A stretch of 64,000 bases of DNA, from positions 636,068 to 700,067 of the forward strand of contig JAGWHD010000001.1 in NCBI GenBank assembly GCA_028866995.1, written 5' to 3'. The position numbers were made by a program, and so were the translations under genes. The DNA comes from Candidatus Micrarchaeota archaeon. Its GTDB lineage: Archaea; Micrarchaeota; Micrarchaeia; Micrarchaeales; CABMGC01. Of this stretch, positions 60,541 to 64,000 are shown one piece after another. The number at the start of each line of letters is the position of its first letter. The first letter of the stretch is position 1. Below the pieces are notes generated by a model. It was not told the DNA's origin. It worked only from the letters and a program-made list of their open reading frames with translations, and did not search any database.

Positions 60541-61008
60541 ATGGACGACACCATAATGATAAACAAGATAAAGGAAGGGACTGTCATAGACCACATACCG
60601 GTAAGGAAGGCGATGCTCATACCTAGGATACTCGGGCTTGCAGACGGCAAGGACACAATAGCCATACTCGTGAACGCGAAGAGCAGGCTCATGGGCTTCA
60701 AGGACATAGTCAAGATAGAGAACAGGATACTAAAGGACGACGAGGTCAATATGCTGTCACTGATCGCGCCAGGCGCCACGATAAACCTAATCAAGGACTA
60801 CAAGATTGCAGGGAAGAAGAGCGCGGTCATACCCAAGATGATAGAGGGACTGCTCAAGTGCCCCAATGGCCATTGCATAACCAACCACGACCCCGAAGCA
60901 CGTACCGTATTCGACCTCGTGGCCAAAGAACCTCTTGAGATGCGATGCGGGTACTGCGACATAGCGCTTGGCGAGCAGGAGGCTCTCAAGCAGGTCTCGG
61001 GAGAATAG
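60541..61008 (+). CDS. pyrI: Aspartate carbamoyltransferase regulatory subunit
   Basis: IKEGTVIDHIP, and C-terminal zinc domain CPNGHCIT...RCGYC. 155 aa. Confidence 0.9.
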   Translation: MDDTIMINKIKEGTVIDHIPVRKAMLIPRILGLADGKDTIAILVNAKSRLMGFKDIVKIENRILKDDEVNMLSLIAPGATINLIKDYKIAGKKSAVIPKMIEGLLKCPNGHCITNHDPEARTVFDLVAKEPLEMRCGYCDIALGEQEALKQVSGE

Positions 61009-61977
61009 ATGAGGCACATAGACCCGCACGTGCACTGCAGGGACTGGGGCCAATCCTACAAGGCGACGATAAAATCCACGATGGAGCTCGCAAGGAACCA
61101 GGGAGTCGTCGCGATTTTCGACATGCCGAACACAGACCCGCCGATATTCACAAAGGAGCTTGCCGAGAGAAGGCTCAGGACCGCGATCGAGGAAGGGTGC
61201 ATCGACGGCTATTATCTTTACATGGGCATAACAAGCAGGCCTGATCAGATAAGGGAGGCCGTAGATACATACAACTCAAACCCGAAGGTCATCGGCTTCA
61301 AGATGTACGCGGGCAAGTCGACAGGAGAGCTGCAGATATCGGAGCCTGAGAAGCAGAAGATCGTGTACGAGACGCTCGCAGAGTGCGGATACGGTGGAGT
61401 GCTTGCGGTGCATTGCGAGAAGGACAGCTTGGCGAGGATGGACCTGTGGGATCCGAAGAGGCCGCAAACTTGGAGCCTTGCGAGGCCAAAGGAGATGGAG
61501 ACGGAATCCGTAAAGGAGCAGGTAGCGCTGGCCAAGGGGAGCGGCTTCTCCGGAACTCTCCATGTCGCGCACGTCACCACTGACGAAGCGGTGTCGATAG
61601 TGGAACGGGAGAGGAGAAACATGGACATAACCTGCGGGGTGACTCCGCACCACGTGACGCTCTCAACAGATGAGATGGACGGGGCAGAGGGGATGTCGTA
61701 CAAGGTCAATCCCCCGCTAAGGGACAGGAAAACCGTCAAGAGGATGAAAGAGCTTCTGATGGAAGGCAAGATAGACTGGATAGAGACCGACCATGCGCCG
61801 CACAGCCAAGAGGAGAAGTCCTATCCTGGCAACGGGGCATTCATGTCCGGCATACCGAGCCTTGCATCATATTCCAGTTTCATCGACGGCCTTATCGGTC
61901 ACGGTTTCAAGGAAAGTCAGATAGAGGACCTTACTTACAACAACATCAAAGGAAGGTTCACTAAGGTTGCGGATTAA
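61009..61977 (+). CDS. pyrC: Dihydroorotase (compact form)
   Basis: IDPHVHCRDW, FKMYAGK, HCE, HVAHVTT and ETDHAPH metal-ligand pattern. 322 aa. Confidence 0.8.
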   Translation: MRHIDPHVHCRDWGQSYKATIKSTMELARNQGVVAIFDMPNTDPPIFTKELAERRLRTAIEEGCIDGYYLYMGITSRPDQIREAVDTYNSNPKVIGFKMYAGKSTGELQISEPEKQKIVYETLAECGYGGVLAVHCEKDSLARMDLWDPKRPQTWSLARPKEMETESVKEQVALAKGSGFSGTLHVAHVTTDEAVSIVERERRNMDITCGVTPHHVTLSTDEMDGAEGMSYKVNPPLRDRKTVKRMKELLMEGKIDWIETDHAPHSQEEKSYPGNGAFMSGIPSLASYSSFIDGLIGHGFKESQIEDLTYNNIKGRFTKVAD

Positions 61978-63166
61978 TTCCCTGCCTTGCCTTTGCCTGC
62001 AGCTCCTCAATGCTGGCAAACCCATCCTTTTTCATCCTTTCCATGACGCCTTTCTGTATCTCTCCAAGCAGGCCTAGCCCGTAGAACGTATACGGCGTAT
62101 ATCCCTCTACCAGGTCGGCACCGTTCATGAAAGCGTCGTACGCGTCATCCCCGCTGTATATGCCGCCGGTGGCTACTATTACCGAATCAGGGAACGCGGC
62201 CCTGAGCTCCCTCACGGACCTTGTCATGTAGGGCTTCAGGAATCTCCCGCTCCTTCCAGCTGATTGGTATCCCCATTCAGCTGCAGGGATCTCGCTCCTG
62301 GGGAACATCTTGGTATTCGTAGTGACTATTCCGTTGCCTCCGGCTTCCATGAATCCGCCGACAAAATCGAATACAGGCTCTTTATCCTGAGGCTCGTAGG
62401 GCCATATCTTGATGAGCCTCAGCTTGTCCGGGGCCATCTCCTTCATCATGGCCGATGTCGCGTGCGCTATCTCCCTGGTCCTCAGCGTCTTCAGCGCCTC
62501 TGTGTTGGGCGAGGCGCAGTTCCAGACGAAACCGTCGACATACGGCGTCAGCCTCTTCAGCAGCTCCCTCATCTCGTCCATGGCTATCTGTATCGCGTTG
62601 TCAGCTGACGTCGGCATGCCGCACAGGTTGACGTATACCGGCGTCTTCCCGCCCCTCTTCCTGTAATTTGCTATGTTCCTCATGAAGTAGTCTATGCCGT
62701 TGCACGGGAAGCCCTGCGCGTTGTAAAGGTCGAGGTTCTTCTCGTCGACCGCCACTCTCGGCCTGCTGTTACCGGCCCTGAAATTCAGCGTCAGCGTCCC
62801 CGGCTCGAGGAACCCGAAGATGCCAGACAACGGAAGCAGCGCGTCGCCGTTCTTGTCAAGTCCCGCCGCGGTGCCGAAGGGAAACACGCTCCTTCCATTG
62901 ATCTTCACGAAGAGCTCTTTCTCCTGCTTCAGCAAGCGCGACAGCATGCTCACGCCAAAAGCGTTGCTGCGCATCTGGGCAAGCACCAGTTCGTGGACTG
63001 CCTCCGGATCATTATTCGCTATACTGTACAGCTCCGGCCTAACCGAGTTCCTGAATACGTCGGTGCTGAACATGGACCTTGCAAGGTTGATCTTTGTGAG
63101 TATTCCAACTGCTGGTTTGCCGTTCGTGTCGACTCCTCGATCATGCGCTGGACTTGGCAGCCGCAT
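61961..63166 (-). CDS. pyrD: Dihydroorotate dehydrogenase (class 2-like)
   Basis: FGTAAGLDKNGDAL...FGFLEPGTLTLNFRAGNSRPRV and IVATGGIYSGDDAYD. The start may be the internal ATG at 63073, because 63166 overlaps pyrE by 26 nt. Confidence 0.85.
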   Translation of the reverse strand: MRLPSPAHDRGVDTNGKPAVGILTKINLARSMFSTDVFRNSVRPELYSIANNDPEAVHELVLAQMRSNAFGVSMLSRLLKQEKELFVKINGRSVFPFGTAAGLDKNGDALLPLSGIFGFLEPGTLTLNFRAGNSRPRVAVDEKNLDLYNAQGFPCNGIDYFMRNIANYRKRGGKTPVYVNLCGMPTSADNAIQIAMDEMRELLKRLTPYVDGFVWNCASPNTEALKTLRTREIAHATSAMMKEMAPDKLRLIKIWPYEPQDKEPVFDFVGGFMEAGGNGIVTTNTKMFPRSEIPAAEWGYQSAGRSGRFLKPYMTRSVRELRAAFPDSVIVATGGIYSGDDAYDAFMNGADLVEGYTPYTFYGLGLLGEIQKGVMERMKKDGFASIEELQAKARQGINPQP

Positions 63167-63899
63167 CCTTCAGCCTATCCTGGACAGCTTTGTCCTGGTA
63201 CTTCTGCGGATCCTTTAGATAGTCCGTTATCGTATCATACTCGGTCTGCGAGAACCTCTCCTTGAGCCATCCTATGCCCTTGGACGAGAAAGGTATCAGC
63301 GCATGCAGCTCGAAGCCCGCCGCCTTCGCCTTCTCCGTCCCTCCCTGCTCCCTGTCAACGAGGACTATGACATCCTTCATCGACACATTCACCCCTCGCT
63401 TTACGGCTTCCTGCTTCACTTGGCTTATCGCCAGCAGCTTGCTGTCGAACCTTGTCACAAGGTCGTCTATTATCGCGAGCGTATCCCCTTCTTTCATCTC
63501 CCCTTCTACCAGAGCCTTCTGCCCGTGCCCCTTTATGTAAGCGTCAAGCTCATCAGGGGTCTTGACCTCCTCAGGCAGCTTTCTCGTGTACAATGAGGGT
63601 ATGCCCTTCTGCAGCGTGACCGCGTTGGCGAAAGGTATCCCTGCCATGGCGATGCCTACCACCCTGTGCTTTCCGTCTGCCTTGAACCCGATCTCGTCGA
63701 GAAGCATGCCTATGCCATCCGCGGCGAGCCTGTACAGTTCGGCGCTTGCTCCTGATATGAGCCTGAGGTTGAGGTAAAAAGGGCTCCATAGGCCGCTGGC
63801 AAGCGTCCAGCCTTCGGGCCTGTCCCTGTACCACGTGAGTATCATCCTCTCGTTGTACAAACCTTCCATTATCCTTTTCCCTATCTCCTCCTTGTCCAT
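63141..63899 (-). CDS. pyrE: Orotate phosphoribosyltransferase-like
   Basis: LASGLWSPFYLNLRLI and PRPP motif LAIIDDLVTRFDSKL. 252 aa (longer than typical). Confidence 0.7.
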   Translation of the reverse strand: MDKEEIGKRIMEGLYNERMILTWYRDRPEGWTLASGLWSPFYLNLRLISGASAELYRLAADGIGMLLDEIGFKADGKHRVVGIAMAGIPFANAVTLQKGIPSLYTRKLPEEVKTPDELDAYIKGHGQKALVEGEMKEGDTLAIIDDLVTRFDSKLLAISQVKQEAVKRGVNVSMKDVIVLVDREQGGTEKAKAAGFELHALIPFSSKGIGWLKERFSQTEYDTITDYLKDPQKYQDKAVQDRLKDAAAKSSA

Positions 63900-63902
63900 T
63901 GC

Positions 63903-64000
63903 TCATTCACCCAGTAACTGCGAGCACATCTCCTCAGCTGCTTTCCGCATGTCCTTCGCCTGGTATATTCCCCTGCCCACTATCGCATGGAAGGACTCGC
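63903..64000 (-). CDS. pyrF: Orotidine 5'-phosphate decarboxylase, C-terminal end (gene continues beyond the window)
   Basis: Hand translation: ...ESFHAIVGRGIYQAKDMRKAAEEMCSQLLGE*. IVGRGIY..A.D...AA is the typical PyrF C-terminus. It sits 3 nt upstream of the pyrE start. Confidence 0.55.
   Translation of the reverse strand, partial: ESFHAIVGRGIYQAKDMRKAAEEMCSQLLGE

Overview
This is a densely packed archaeal chromosomal window, roughly 90 percent coding, with AGG/ATA-rich codon usage and many 1-8 nt gene junctions. The housekeeping backbone has five parts. (1) The conserved archaeal cluster ftsY-pfdA-eIF6-L31e-L39e-PDCD5-like-S19e, next to rpoL. (2) argS, gdhA, PolX, ftsZ, rad50 and EF-1beta. 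(3) argG-argH with a DDAH-like enzyme. (4) rpoF/DUF655, L21e, apt, and uppS with a dolichol kinase-like gene. (5) aCPSF1, proteasome beta, and a nearly complete pyrimidine set (pyrB-pyrI-pyrC facing pyrD-pyrE-pyrF). I found four tRNA genes by eye. Three carry introns, and two of those carry a second intron at a non-canonical position (T-loop, variable region). That pattern, the surface-protein load and the small compact genes suggest a DPANN/Micrarchaeota-like or similar small archaeon, but this is inference only. The most system-like unexplained content is a set of six class III signal peptide (archaeal type IV pilin-like) proteins fused to large binding domains. Four carry LamG/concanavalin-type lectin domains, three of them in a tandem array at 21.3-23.9 kb. 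One carries a Ser/Thr linker and a six-blade Kelch-like propeller, followed by a short paralog. Polytopic GT-C-like membrane proteins lie nearby, and a T4P-type ATPase gene at the left edge shows an apparent frame problem. Other notable items are a single-repeat (half-size) TBP gene, a protein with six tandem HTH modules, and a membrane-anchored tandem-AAA+ ATPase translationally coupled to an orphan NuoM/MrpD-like antiporter subunit. A low-GC free-standing LAGLIDADG endonuclease gene is also wedged between tRNA genes. No CRISPR array, rRNA, transposase or integrase was seen.
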